Source of the DNA: Eledone cirrhosa | Lineage: Eukaryota | Length of the DNA stretch: 64,000 bases | Assembly: GCA_964016885.1 (NCBI GenBank) | Contig: OZ024743.1 | Coordinates: 281,852,001 to 281,916,000, forward strand | Direction: 5' to 3' | Shown: piece after piece, positions 12,728 to 25,152 of the stretch | How positions within the stretch are numbered: the first letter of the stretch is position 1 | Layout: each line of letters begins with the position of its first letter | Made by a program: the position numbers and the translations under genes | Notes under the pieces: model-generated | Database searches by the model: none | Told to the model about the DNA's origin: nothing | What the model saw: the letters and a program-made list of their open reading frames with translations, nothing else

Positions 12728-13884
12728 TCTGCTGTCAAAACCCACTACGTGGGGGGATGGGCAAGCCATGGCTGATGATGCACAGACACGTGCTCAGGCT
12801 ACGACATCTCCACCTCTTCCTCGACGGTGATCAGGTGTGGTCGACATTTGCTAGACGCGTCTTTCCCCAGCTCATCACCTTGATGGAGCTGCAGTCCTGG
12901 GTCAAGCGAAGACCGAGGGGGAGCGCTTGGAGACTGGAATGACTTCAGGTGCTCACAGTCCTCGACCAGTCAGGCAATATAATCAATAGAAACTCCACCT
13001 TGGCGTTCTATAGAGGATTAGTGGAGAGGAAAAGCGACGACGTACTTGGGGAAACTCTAGGCGTCGACGAAAATCAACTAGTCAATCTTTTCGGAAGAAC
13101 TTTCGAGCCGGGGCCTATGGACAATTTCCAGAAATCCCTGGCCTGGCAGTGCTACCGAGGAGCTTTGCCAGTTCGGGATAAACTCTACAGGCATAGAAGT
13201 GCTGTCAGCCGGGCAGGTCCGAGATGCGCGCAGGGCGACGAAACCGTCCTGCATGCACTTGTCCAGTGTCCGAGATTTGCTGACTTGTGGGTTTATGTCG
13301 AACACCTGCTGTCGCGTGTAGAACGGATTCGGCTATCAGCTGAGTCCATCGTGAAGATTGCCCTGCTCTCTTCCTTTAGCCGGAAAGGACAGGCAGTTTT
13401 ATCTGTCTGGTGGCCATGCGAAAGAGATAGTATGGTGGACGCGTCTGAAAGGGCGGAAGACAAGCACTTGCCTCTTCGGTGATGCCCTGATTAACTTTTT
13501 AAAATTTCATTTGAAAAGGAAAATCAGGGTAAAGAGGCAAGTGCTCTCTTCCCAGCATTTTGTTGAAAGATGGGTGAGAGAGGCAAGAATGGCCCGAGTG
13601 AATGGGCCTACTCTGAGTATATTCCTGTAAATTGAAGGTGGAAAACTGGGAGAGGGCACTTGCCCTGGTGGTCAGGGTCACCGTGGCTTTTTTAATGGGC
13701 TTTCTCCACGATGGCCCTCGGAAGTCTCCCCCCTATTGGGGAATTTTTCAATGTTCTTTTTTGTTACATCCTCTGTTTTTTTGGTTTTTTTTACACGCAG
13801 AAATGCCCATTTGTACCGTCCTGTATTGTCCTGTACTGTCCTTAATGTCTACTTTGTGTAAACCCTTGTGGTTAATAAAGAAAG
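12728..13884 (+). mobile_element. 5'-truncated Tx1 LINE, subfamily A
   Basis: CCQNPLRGGMG through the zf-RVT region; 3' end 'aacccttgtggttaataaagaaag'; starts in an ATT tract. Confidence 0.9.
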
Positions 13885-14071
13885 GGCGGTGGATTGGCAG
13901 TATCGGTAGAGGGTCTGACGCCATGCTTTGCAGCAAAGAGTTACGGCCCTTTATGGTCTGAGTTCAAATCCCGCCGAGGTTAACTTTGCTTTTCATCCTT
14001 ACGGGGTCGATAAAATAAAATACCAGTAATACACTGGGATAATTGCTGGCCTTGTGCCAAAGGTAGAAACA

Positions 14072-14073
<2 letters not shown>
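13884..14073 (+). mobile_element. tRNA-headed SINE (family S1) with (ATT)n tail
   Basis: A-box-like TGGCAGTATCGG, B-box GAGTTCAAATCC, central 'tttcatccttacggggtcgataaaataaa', 3' 'tggccttgtgccaaaggtagaaacaattatt'; ~15 copies in the window. Confidence 0.9.
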
Positions 14074-14125
<52 letters not shown>

Positions 14126-17100
14126 GGCGACCTGCGTAGGAAATCGTATTATCGTGAGCTCAGCAAAGGTTTGTTGTTTTCAGATGTTTCAAATTGCCAG
14201 TTATGGAAAATTTTTGTTGTTAAGTGTTTATAAGTTCACATATATTGCTTTCTGAAAAGTACACAAAAAAATATTGGGGCCTTGAGCCCAAAACTTAAAC
14301 TTTTTATTTATCAAACAAAATATTTCTTTGAATAAAAAACATGGACAACAAATTTATTGTTTTAACAGACCCCCTCCCCCCACACACACCACCACCACCA
14401 CCACCAACACCAACACCATTGTAAGACTTGCTACGGTTGCCGACACTGAAAATATAATTAATAGCAGTTTGAATTATTTAGATTTGCCGCATAAAGACAT
14501 GGATTTCCCGCCATTACCAATAACTGCAGGTGTTAAAGCCGCCACCCCCACCACCACAATGTCAAAAAGAACAACGAACACCACTGATACCACCACCACC
14601 ACCACAGCGACAACAGAAACCCCCAAAAATTAATTATTATCTCGTGACATCGAAATGGATTCACCCAGAATCGACTCTTCCACACCGAACACCACTGACA
14701 TCACCACCACCTCCACCACAACTGAAACTAAAAATAACAATAACAACAACAGCAACAACAACAATGAGAATAACAACAACAACATCAACACCACCGCAAA
14801 ACAAAATGTGTCATTTGCCAAAGCAGCCAAGAAAAGCGAAACAATCGAGGTAAGCCAGGATGAATTAAATGAAGCCAAGCGAATGGTAAAAAAAGATGGG
14901 TACAGGGTCAGCCTTACCCCCCACCCCCACACACCTTATAGAATGGACCATCGGCGCCTATGCACCGTGTCATATCGGACGATAAACACAAAATCACACC
15001 GAGTGGAACGGGCATCCGAGTCCCCAAAACAAAAATCTTTGGGACATGTGTGGGCGAAAAAAACCCACATCAGACGTGGGCAGAAATATGGAACTGTGGA
15101 CGTGTTCTTTGGAACACCACAGGAAGCCAGAGAGCACTCAATGGCCCCATTAAGAAGTGACGACTTCACACTCGTCCCAAGCTATTGTGGTCAGAGAGAG
15201 ACTCGTGAAGATCAGGGTGACCCACGTTCCACCGGCCATCGAAATTCCCTGGCTAATGGCTGCCGTCCTTGCCGGCATCGAGGCCAACACGAAAATAATT
15301 GAAGTAACAAAAGAAAAGCAGGAGAACTGGTCCGGATCTGGGATGGAGCTTCTGCGGACCAAAAAAACATTGAGGAAATTCCAGAGGTGATAGACCTCAC
15401 TGACGGCAGCCACCTCACCATAATCGTTGAGGGTAGAAGGCCTAGGTGTGTCGTTTGTGGTGAAGGAAAAGCTTTCTGCCCTCAGGCTAAAAAGTTGAGG
15501 ACACCTCTCTTACCCACCTCAGTGACTCAACCATCAACACCACCAGCAGCAGAAATGGCAGCAACAACTGTAGCAGCAACAACAGAAGCAACTGTAGTAG
15601 CAACAACCCCAGCAACAATAGCAAAACCAACACCACCACCAACCACCGCGCCAGAACTATCACCAGCGCCTCCACCATCCACCACGCCACAACCAAAACC
15701 AACGCCTGTGGAGGATTTTCCACTCCCCAACCTATCGCAACTGGAGACAGATTGTGACGACGAGGAGTGGGAAACGGTATTAGGAAAAAAGAAAAAAAGA
15801 AAAAGAAGCCAAAAAGGAAAAAATATCTTCTTCCTTCCCCCTTCAAAAACAAAATACAGGGGGAAACAAATAAACTAACAAACAAAAAAGTTAGGACAGC
15901 TATGCCACCATCCACACCAGTATCACTAACCCCATCACCACAAACACCAACCCCATCACCACAAACACCAACCCCATCACCATCATTAATCCCAACACCA
16001 TCATCACCAACACCACAAAAGTCACCAAAAAGCGAAACGGAAACAAACCCACAACAAACGCAAACAAAACAAAACAACCAAAACGATACACACTACACAG
16101 CATTACATTTGAACAACTAACTATTACACTACATCCAACACAACACCAGCATCACAGAAAAAGACTACACAACAACCCAAAAGTTCACACCACCTCCACA
16201 CATACAAATCACTCGCATCACACAGAAAACGTACGCGACACTAAAACAAAAATTCCCCAAAGACATCGGAGACTTCCGACAAACACTCTCCGGAGGAGGC
16301 CACAAGCAGTGAGAAGGATGGAAAAACCATCCTCCCCCTACGAAAAGTGAAGTAAGTGGTCTTTCCCATCTTTTTCCACTCCTTTTCAACATGACCTCAC
16401 TCAGAATGGGCAGCATAAATGCACGTGGCCTGGGGTCGTCATGGAAGCAGAGCCACCTGCTCAACGACCTCAGGTCACTAAACATAGATATGGTGGCTAT
16501 CAGCGAGATCTGAATCTCTGATGCATGGGCCTTTGCACCGATCTTCGGTGGCTACAATGTGTACGCATCTCCCAGCCGTCCTGGATCGGGGTAAGGAGTT
16601 GCTGTGCTTTTTCGGAGAGGTATGGATCTCGCCATACGGGCCATCTTCCTGGACCCAGAAGGTAAGTTGGTGGTGATGGACGTGACCAGCGGAGACGGGC
16701 AAGCTTTCAGGCTAGTGGCCGTCTATACCCCGACAGGAGCAAGGCGGCCTGATTTCTTCTGGCGTCTGGAGACCTTTCTTGGAACGTCCCGCTCTTTAGT
16801 GTTAGTGGGCGAACTGGATCTTAGATGCACGCTGGGACTGTGTGGAATTAGCAGATAGGGGAGGAGGGTGCAAGAGCCTCACCAATTTGCTCAGGCGTTT
16901 TGAACTGTCTGACAGGTACCGATTGGATTTCCCGAATGTGCCAATGTGGACTTGGACAAACCGCGTCGGGTCATCCAGATCATATCTAGATAGAGTATTT
17001 TGTAGGGAAATAGATAGGTCTAGCATAGGCTGTCCACAATTCAAGATAGTCAGCTACACGGACCACAAATTCGTGATCTGAGTGGTTGACTTAGATAGGC

Positions 17101-19923
17101 TTCATAGACAAGGATCCGGCTACTCGAGCTAAACGCGACCTTACCAGCACGCAAGGCCTACAGAGACCGGATTAGCGAACTAGTTAAGCGGGCATTGACG
17201 GGGGCCATCGTCAACAACATGTGGTGGTTTGCTCTGAAAAGAGCAATTAGAATAGAGTCCATTAGGTTTAGTAAGGCTTTAGCAATAGAGAAAAATAGAG
17301 CAGAGGGAGAATTAGTTAGAAAATTAGACGAGGCGCTTAGCAAAGGCATCGCGACCGACGTACTTGCGGCGAAATTGGCCTTTGACCAATTCTTCAATGC
17401 AAAGCACGAATGCAGCGTTGTCAGGGTTAGGGTGCGTGCTCTCAGACGCGAGGGGACGAAAGCGGTTCAATGGGCCCGAGTGGCGGAGGCGCGTCGTGGC
17501 AACAAAGCCATGATCCGGTCTTTGGTGGACCACGACGGGCGCATGCTACTCGATCCCGGGCAAATGTGTAAAGCTTTTCAGCAACACTTCGCTCAGCTGT
17601 TCGGGGGCAGCGGCGGGCCGGATCGAGGGATGGCCTTTAGTGTCTACCTCGACGGACTGCCGTGGCTCTCGGCCACTGAGGCGGAGTGTTGCGAAAAGCC
17701 GATAACAGCCGCTGAAGTACGGGAGGCAATGACTGGCTGCACAAGGGGTAAATCGCCTGGTTTGGATGGTCTGCCCTATGAACTTTACGTACAGATGCCA
17801 GACTTGTTTGGAGGCCTCTTGGCGGACATCTACTGCAACTGGCAACAGAACGGGAGAATTCCCAGTTCTGTGAGCCGAGGAGCAGTGGCGCTGCTGAGAA
17901 AGGATCCGAACAAGGGGGATAACATAGATAATTTCAGGCCCATAACTCTGCTAAACACAGAGTTCAAGATTTTGGCCAAGGTGCTAGCAAAGAGGTTGGC
18001 ACTTGCTGTTGGTGACATGTGCCATTCCCGACAGATCCATCCACGACAACCTCCACCTCATGCGATACATTCTGGAGAGGGTAGCTAGGGAACCTGGCAT
18101 TGGTGGGTCCTTGATCAATTTAAATCAGTCGAAAGCTTTCGATAGGGTCGACCATCGTTACCTAGCGGCAGTCCTGAGGGCGGCTGGCTTTGGGCCCATC
18201 TTCAGAGGCTGGATCGCTGCCATGCACAGTGACATCTGTTCTGTGGTGAGAGTGAACGGTCACTTTTCGGAACCGTTCAACATCATGCGCTCGGTCCACC
18301 AAGGATGTCCCCTCTCGTCCCTCTTGTAGTGGTGTCGAACGCCAAACATATCGAGGCGATCGGCATTACACTAAGAGAATACAAAGCGATGACAGGAGCA
18401 ATGATGAACCAGGAAAAGTCAGTGGGCCTGCAGCTCGGCACCTGGAGAGGCAGGTCCATGCCATCCAAAAGCGTCGTCAGGCGCTGCACGGACGGTCCGG
18501 TTAAATTGCTAGGGGTATGGTTCAGTCTGGACCTCCAGACGGACAAAAACTGGGACGAGGTGATGAGCAGGGTGGCTTCTCTCATCTAGAAATGGGCGGA
18601 GAGGAAGCTATCCCTGAAAGGTCAAGTGGAGGTGGCTAACGCGTACATCGCGTCCATCATCTACTACCGCTTGACCGACGTACCTTGTCCTAAGCCCCGC
18701 CTCACTGCGCTGGAGCGTTTGCTCTTTCGCATTTTGTGGAAGGGACGCGCTCCGATGGTCAGGCGGTCCATCTGCTGTCAACACCCGCTACGTGGAGGCC
18801 TGGGCATGCCATGGCTGATGATGCGCAGACACACGCTCAGGCTACGACATCTCCACCTCTTCCTCGACGGTGATCAGGTGTGGTCGACATTTGCTAGACG
18901 CATCTTTCCCCAGCATGTCTCCTTGGCGGAGCTGCAGTCCTTGGTCAAGCAAAGACTGAGAGGGAGCGCTTGGAGACTGGAATGTTTTCAGGCGCTCACA
19001 GCCCTTGACCAATCGGACAATGTGATCGGTGGAAACTCCACCTTGGCGTTCTATAGAGGATTAGTGGAGGGGAAAAGCGACGACGTACTTACGGAAACTC
19101 AAAGCGTCGACGAAAATCAACGAGCCAATCTCTTCAGAAGAACTTTCGGGCCGGGCCTACGGACAATTTCCAGAAATCCCTGGCCTGGCAGTGCTACCGA
19201 GGAGCTTTGCCAGTTCGGGATAAACTCTACAGGCATGGAGGTGCCATCAGCCAGGCATGTCCGAGATGCGCGCAGGGCGACGAAACCGTCCTGCACGCAC
19301 TCGTTCAGTGTCCGAGAATTGCTGACTTGTGGGTTTATGTCGAACACCTGCAGTCGCGTGTAGGACGGATCCGGCTATCAGCTGAGTCCATCGTGAGGAT
19401 TGCGCCGCCCTCTTCCTTTAGCTGGGAAGGACAGGCAGTTTTTATCTGTCTGGTGGCCATGGCGAAAGAGATAGTATGGTGGACACATTTGAAAGGGCTG
19501 AAGATGAGCACTTACCTCTTCGGTGATGCCCTGATTAACTTTTTAAAATTTCATTTGAAAAGGAAAATCAGGGTAGAAAGGGAAGTGCTCTCTTCCCAGC
19601 ATTTTGTTGAAAGATGGGTGAGAGAAGCAAGAATGGCCCGAGTGAATGGGCCTACTCTGAGTATGTGTCTGTAAATTAAAGGTGAAAAACTGGGAGAGGG
19701 CACTTGCCCTGGTGGTTAGGGTCACTGTGGCCTTTTAATGGGCTTTCTCCACAAATGTCCCTCCAAGTCTCCCCCCTATTGGGGAATTTTTCATTGTTAT
19801 TTTTTATTACATCCTCTGTTTTTGTTTTTTTACACGCAGAAATGCCCATTTGTACCGTCCTGTATTGTCCTGTACTGTCTTTAATGTCTACTTTATGTAA
19901 ACCCTTGTGGTTAATAAAGAAAG
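14126..19923 (+). mobile_element. Near full-length Tx1 LINE, subfamily A, copy 1 (ORF1 ~14341-16355, ORF2 16391-19674, both disrupted)
   Basis: ORF1 knuckle remnant RPRCVVCGEG..; ORF2 EN/RT/zf motifs; an internal deletion near 18327 removes the YADD segment; flanked by ATT. Confidence 0.92.
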
Positions 19924-19930
19924 TATTATT

Positions 19931-20462
19931 CTTTGAGTCTCAGTCATTGATGTTAGTTAACTGGAAAGTTTGTTGAAATGAATATCAAGCCACTACCTGC
20001 AGCCTCATATATTCAGGACGTATCGGAGGGTTCTTGCTGTCCCAGTAAGCATGCCTTCTGAAGCGTTCCAAAAAGCGTGAAGGGGCCAATTTTCTTTAAC
20101 CATCCCTGGAAACTTTTTGAGATAGTCCCTAGTGCGCCTATGACAATCGGGATCACTTTGACTTCATGGCAGTTCCAAATCCTTTTTACCTCCCACTTTA
20201 AGTCCTGGTACCAGTTAATTTTCTCCCTCTCCTTCTCTTGCACTCTCGTGTCGAATGGGCAGGCCACATCCACAATCAGGCACGATCTTTTTTCTTTGTC
20301 CACAACCACCAGGTCAGGTCTATTGTGTTCCAGTTTCTTGTCCGTCTGTATCCTAAAATCCCACAGCACCTTCACCTGATCGTTTTCTATCACCGCCTCT
20401 GGCTTATGCTCATACCACTTCTCAGAATGTGGTAAATTGTTTACTTTGCATAGGTGCCAGTG

Positions 20463-20463
<1 letters not shown>
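19931..20463 (-). mobile_element. 3' end of R4/Dong-like retrotransposon with restriction-like endonuclease (RLE) domain
   Basis: LWDFRIQTDKKLEHNRPDLVVVDK...IVDVACP...EKINWYQDL...VIPIVIGALG; flanked by TAA repeats on both sides. Confidence 0.85.
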
Positions 20464-20518
<55 letters not shown>

Positions 20519-20699
20519 CTGGTGTAAATATAACACACACACAAACACACATATTTCTTTTTAATAGTGACTGTTTACATTCAAGTTTCCTCAAAGCCAC
20601 TGGCTTTTCAATATATATATATGTATATATACATATATATATTTACACACACACATACAATGTGGGTGTAGAGACTCTGCTAAGGGTACATATTGTCAT

Positions 20700-21713
20700 C
20701 TCTCCTGTTCATAATCTTCATGGACAAGATTGACATGCACAGCCTAGCAACTGCAGGTATTTGCAGATGATAGGGTACTACTTAACTCATCAGAAGGTGA
20801 TCTACGACATGCACTTGATAGGTTTGCTGCCAAGTGCTGCATAGCAGGAATGAAATCTGTATTGCAAAGACTGAGACACTCATCCTCTCAAGGACGCCTG
20901 TGTAATGCACTCTACAGTGGAGTTCCACTGAAGCAGATAGAGAAGTCCAAGTATTTTAGGGCCAAATTCATGAGTGATGGATGGCAAGAGGGTGAATTAA
21001 GTGCAAGAATTACAGGAACTGGTGCAGTAATGTGTCAGATTCCACATTTGGTAATCAGAAGAAAGGAGGCAGTTGTAAAATCCAAACTCACTATCTTCAA
21101 TTCAGTATTCATGCCAATCCTTACCTATGGTTGTGAATGATCAAAAGAATATAATTGTGAGTACAAGTGACTGAAATAGAGGGTGGATTGGCAGTATCAG
21201 TAGAGGGTCTGACGCCATGCTTTGCAGCAAAGAGTTACGGCCCTTTATGGTCTGAGTTCAAATCCCGCCAAGGTTAACTTTGCCTTTCATTGTTACGGGG
21301 TCGATAAAATAAAGCACCAGTAATACACTGGGATAATTGCTGGCCTTGTGCCAAAAATAGAAACAATTATTACTCGCTTGAGTGCATAGCCCAGAGATCA
21401 GAGAGTCACTCCAGGTAGAGATGCTACTTCACTGAGAGATCACAGCTTCGACACAATAGACATGTTGCTAGAATGCCTAAGGAAAGAATCACTAGACAGG
21501 TTTTACAGGCAAAACCAACAGGCAGGAGACCCAGAGGTAGACACTGAGCAAGATGGTTGGATAACATTCATTAGCTTGACTTGAAGCTCCAGCCAGATCA
21601 ATTGGAGATGGTTGCTTCTGACGGGACCCACAGGAAGGAGTATTTCTGCCCCCAGGACCTTCTCAGGAAGAAGAAGAAGAAGAAGAAGAAGAAGAAGAAG
21701 AAGAAGAAGAAGA
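20700..21713 (+). mobile_element. Degenerate RTE-clade LINE 3' part with (GAA)n tail, interrupted by an S1 SINE
   Basis: KYF..KFMSDG..ELSARI..IFNSVFMPILTYGCE; (GAA)n at 21667-21713; a related 3' end lies inverted at ~25419-25675. Confidence 0.65.
21180..21371 (+). mobile_element. SINE S1 copy
   Basis: Near-identical to 13884-14073. Confidence 0.9.
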
Positions 21714-22719
21714 AATTCCACTCAGAATATATCGGTCAACTCTGGGATACAGTAAAAGAAAGTTGTCTAATGCACTATGATGAGGGATCAAACTGAAAAC
21801 CACATGATTGCAAAGTGATCTTCTTAACCCCACAGCCAACAAATATAACTTTTTGTTAATAACCTGATGCTGTTGTTAACAATAACCACTCAGCTGTGAG
21901 GATTGAGGTAGTGCCTATTTTCATCAAGTTGGCTACAGTTGTTGTTTGATCCAGGTCAGACCTGCTCCAGGATATTTATGATTAAAGGTATTCCAGTCAT
22001 GACCATCCTGTTTTATTTTATTCAGATATTGTTTTTAGAGCTATATTATACAACTTGAGAGAGATTTGACTGTTATTTGTTAAAAACATAATATACACTT
22101 TATTGGATATGCCTCTTCTCTAAAGAAAAACATTCCTCTTTCCCAATTGTTATTCTCACTACATAACAATCTGGGAGGTCTGTTGGAAAATTCATTTAAA
22201 TAATAGGGTTCTTTGGTAGTGAAAAGGTTAGGGACCACTGATACAGAGGTTTCTCTCATTGGTTCATTGACTGAGGTAAACAGTGTAAGTGAAGTACAAT
22301 GTCTGTTACAAAAACCCAATTAATTTAGTTCAGAAATTATTGCTGACAGGAGCCAAAATGGGGGTGGGATGGGAGTGAGAAGAGAGCTGATGAACCCCTT
22401 CTCTGTGGAAAACAAAATAATAAAACTAATAAGAAAATCAAAAAGACCAAAAATAAAAAGACCTCCAACCCACCATCTTTCCCTGCTGAACAAGATATGT
22501 AAGAATTATAAGAGGCGCCATAGTTTAGCATATATCTTTGTAGTATCAAGTGTGATGACTTCTATTCTAATTGAAGTCTCTTTCTAAACCCTGCCTTTGT
22601 TTAACAGTAGAGAAGAGAAATCAAAAGAAAGTTTCCTTTTGTGGAATCTATGGAAATAATTACAAAATAAAAGACAAAACCACATAAATTGTCAGTTTGT
22701 CGAGGGATTTCACAATATT

Positions 22720-22797
22720 CAGGGTGTCCCCCAAAAATGTATATACACTTTGATTAGAATTCTGTTGAAGTGTGTATACATTTTTGGGGGCACCCTG
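22720..22797. mobile_element. ~78-bp Tc1/mariner-type MITE
   Basis: Inverted termini 'cagggtgtcccccaaaaatgtata' and 'tatacatttttgggggcaccctg'. Confidence 0.7.
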
Positions 22798-23224
22798 CAT
22801 ATATATTCATATATGATGATATATATTACCACAATTTGATGAGATGTGACAGAACATTAATATGGTGGGTATGGGGAGTTTGTCTAGAAGAGAAAAATGG
22901 GTCAAAGAAGAAAAAGAACAAAACTTTTCTTCACAGTGTATGATAATAAACAGTCCGATTAACACTAAAAAAGTGTTTTTAAAAAGAAAGCTAAGACAAA
23001 ACTAAGGAGCCATATCAAGTTAAAAATAAAAAGAAAGTCCAAGACAGAAATATAAGATTTTGTAGCAGTATTTATCATCTTATATTAATAAGCTATAATA
23101 ATTGAGGTATACAGTTTATTTTGAATGTTGGACCATTATTCTACAATACTGAACACATTGCTATTCAAATATTTACCCAGTCAGTATAAAATATGTAAGA
23201 CAATTTATATGCTAAGTGAATTAA

Positions 23225-23484
23225 TATTAATTTTTCATGACTATATTTCTAATAAAAGACACTGCCTATGTTTTCAAATCATTTTGAAAATAACTAAGAA
23301 TTTGGAAGGATTTAATGATATAACTAACTTTCTTATTATTAAGCTGGTAGTTTTGAATATAACTTAACAAAGGTTCTAATATAAAATTATGATAGAAAAT
23401 GTTTATATTAATATGAATACTTTAAAACAATCAGTTTTGTAGAACCAAGGGTGGTTTCAGGCAGTTGGGTAATGAAAGGGTTAA
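23225..23484. mobile_element. Old ~270-bp piggyBac-like non-autonomous element; related copies at ~23862-24135, ~25190-25385 and ~50075-51074
   Basis: Shared internal motifs 'ttttgaaaataa', 'aagctg.tgtttggaaca' and 'agttttgtatcatagaaccaaggg'; ends of the form TTAA(A)CC...AAAGGGTTAA. Confidence 0.5.
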
Positions 23485-23646
23485 GAATAACTCTTTAAAT
23501 ACATGCAATGAAATTTCATTTCACCATTATTTATTTTTAAACTTATAAATTAAAAGTAATAAAAAGAGGTGCATTGTCTATTTCCACCTTTACAAGAAGT
23601 GAATGAATTTGGATGAGTTAATAATAATTGATTAACATTATTTCCA

Positions 23647-23838
23647 GGGCGGTGGATTGGCAGTATCGGTAGAGGGTCGGACGCCATGCTTTGACGCATA
23701 GAGTTACGACCCTTGCCATTCTGAGTTCAAATGCCGCCGAGGTAAACTTTGCCTTTCATCCTTACGGGGTCGATAAAATAAAGTACCAGTAATGTACTGG
23801 GTAATTGTGGCCTTGTGCCAAAAGTAGAAACAATTATT
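23647..23838 (+). mobile_element. SINE S1 copy with TSD ATTATTTCCAG
   Basis: Direct repeats at 23637-23647 and 23833-23843. Confidence 0.9.
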
Positions 23839-24814
23839 TCCAGTTCATTACATGAAGTATGTTAAACCTTTTGTTACCTATATTTCTAATTAAATATACT
23901 GTGTATGTATACGATGATGTGTTTCAATAAATTTTGAAAATAATCAAAATTCGGTGGGAATTTAATGGAATAATTAACCACTTCATTTGTAAACTGATGT
24001 TTGGAACATTGCTTGACAAAAATTCTTAACCAAAATTTTGGTTGATGTTTTTAATACAAGTATGAACACCTTAAAATGGGTAGTTTTGTATCATAAAACA
24101 AGGGTGCTTTTTGGCAGTGGTATAAAAAAAATTAACCACCAGTTCATGCAAAGTTTAAAACTCTCAGATGTATTTAGAATTAGAGTGACAAACAAAATTG
24201 AACTGATAGCTCTTTAACCCTTTAAGAACTGATCAAGAGATAAAAGAAAAATACCATTGTACCCTGATAACAAGATATCTTGTAAAAGAATCCTCCTCCC
24301 TGTGTTTACTGAAAGCTTATTCCAAATAGTTCATGCTTGTACCCCCTTCCTTATAAACATTTATTTCATTTAGTTGTCATGGTAATTTTATATATTGACC
24401 AATAAAAAATCATTTTAAAATTGTTATTATTAACCATAAATTGCACTTGTGTTGTTATGCAAATTTGACTATAAGCTATTACTATCTCTATTAACAGAAG
24501 ATGGATATTCTTTCTTGGACGAAGGGCAGATTGATTTCATTTTTTTTCTTCCTTTACTTTTTCTACAATACTTTGGTTACCTTCACCTAGCTTATCAAAC
24601 TCATAATAAAGATGATGCAGAAATTTTATAATAGGCTTAGAGAACTCCTGTTTTTTTTCTTTTTTTAAGCACCCATTGTTTTGGGATCTCACATTATCCA
24701 TAATCGTTTCCTGTGTTTTGATGAAACACATGGTCCCTAGTTATTTTGAATGGACCACTAGCAATACCTTCGATATAGCTGTAATACTGCCCCATCAAAA
24801 AATATAAATAAAAA

Positions 24815-24989
24815 TAATAATTGTTTCTACTTTTGGCACAAGGCGAGCAATTACCCCAGTGTATTACTGGTACTTTATCAACCCCGTAGGGCAAAGTTAA
24901 CTTAGGTGGGATTTGAACTCAGATCATAAAGGGGGTAACTCTATGCTGCAAAGCATGGCGTCCGAGCCTCTACCGATACTGCCAATCCA
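24815..24989 (-). mobile_element. SINE S1 copy
   Basis: Reverse complement of S1. Confidence 0.85.
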
Positions 24990-25040
24990 ATAATATTGTC
25001 TTCTGTGGACCACTATGTTCATCATTATCTCTCATATTTT

Positions 25041-25152
25041 CAAATCCTGCCGAGGTTAACTTTGCCTTTCATCCTTACAGGGTCGATAAAATAAAGTACC
25101 AGTAATGCACTGGAATAATTGCTGGCCTTGTGCCAAAAGTAGAAACAATTAT
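25041..25152 (+). mobile_element. 5'-truncated SINE S1 with 18-bp TSD
   Basis: ATTATCTCTCATATTTTC at 25024-25041 and 25148-25165. Confidence 0.88.

Noticed and set aside
13884-13975. tRNA gene
   Set aside because: A/B boxes are present but there is no cloverleaf; it is the head of a multi-copy SINE.
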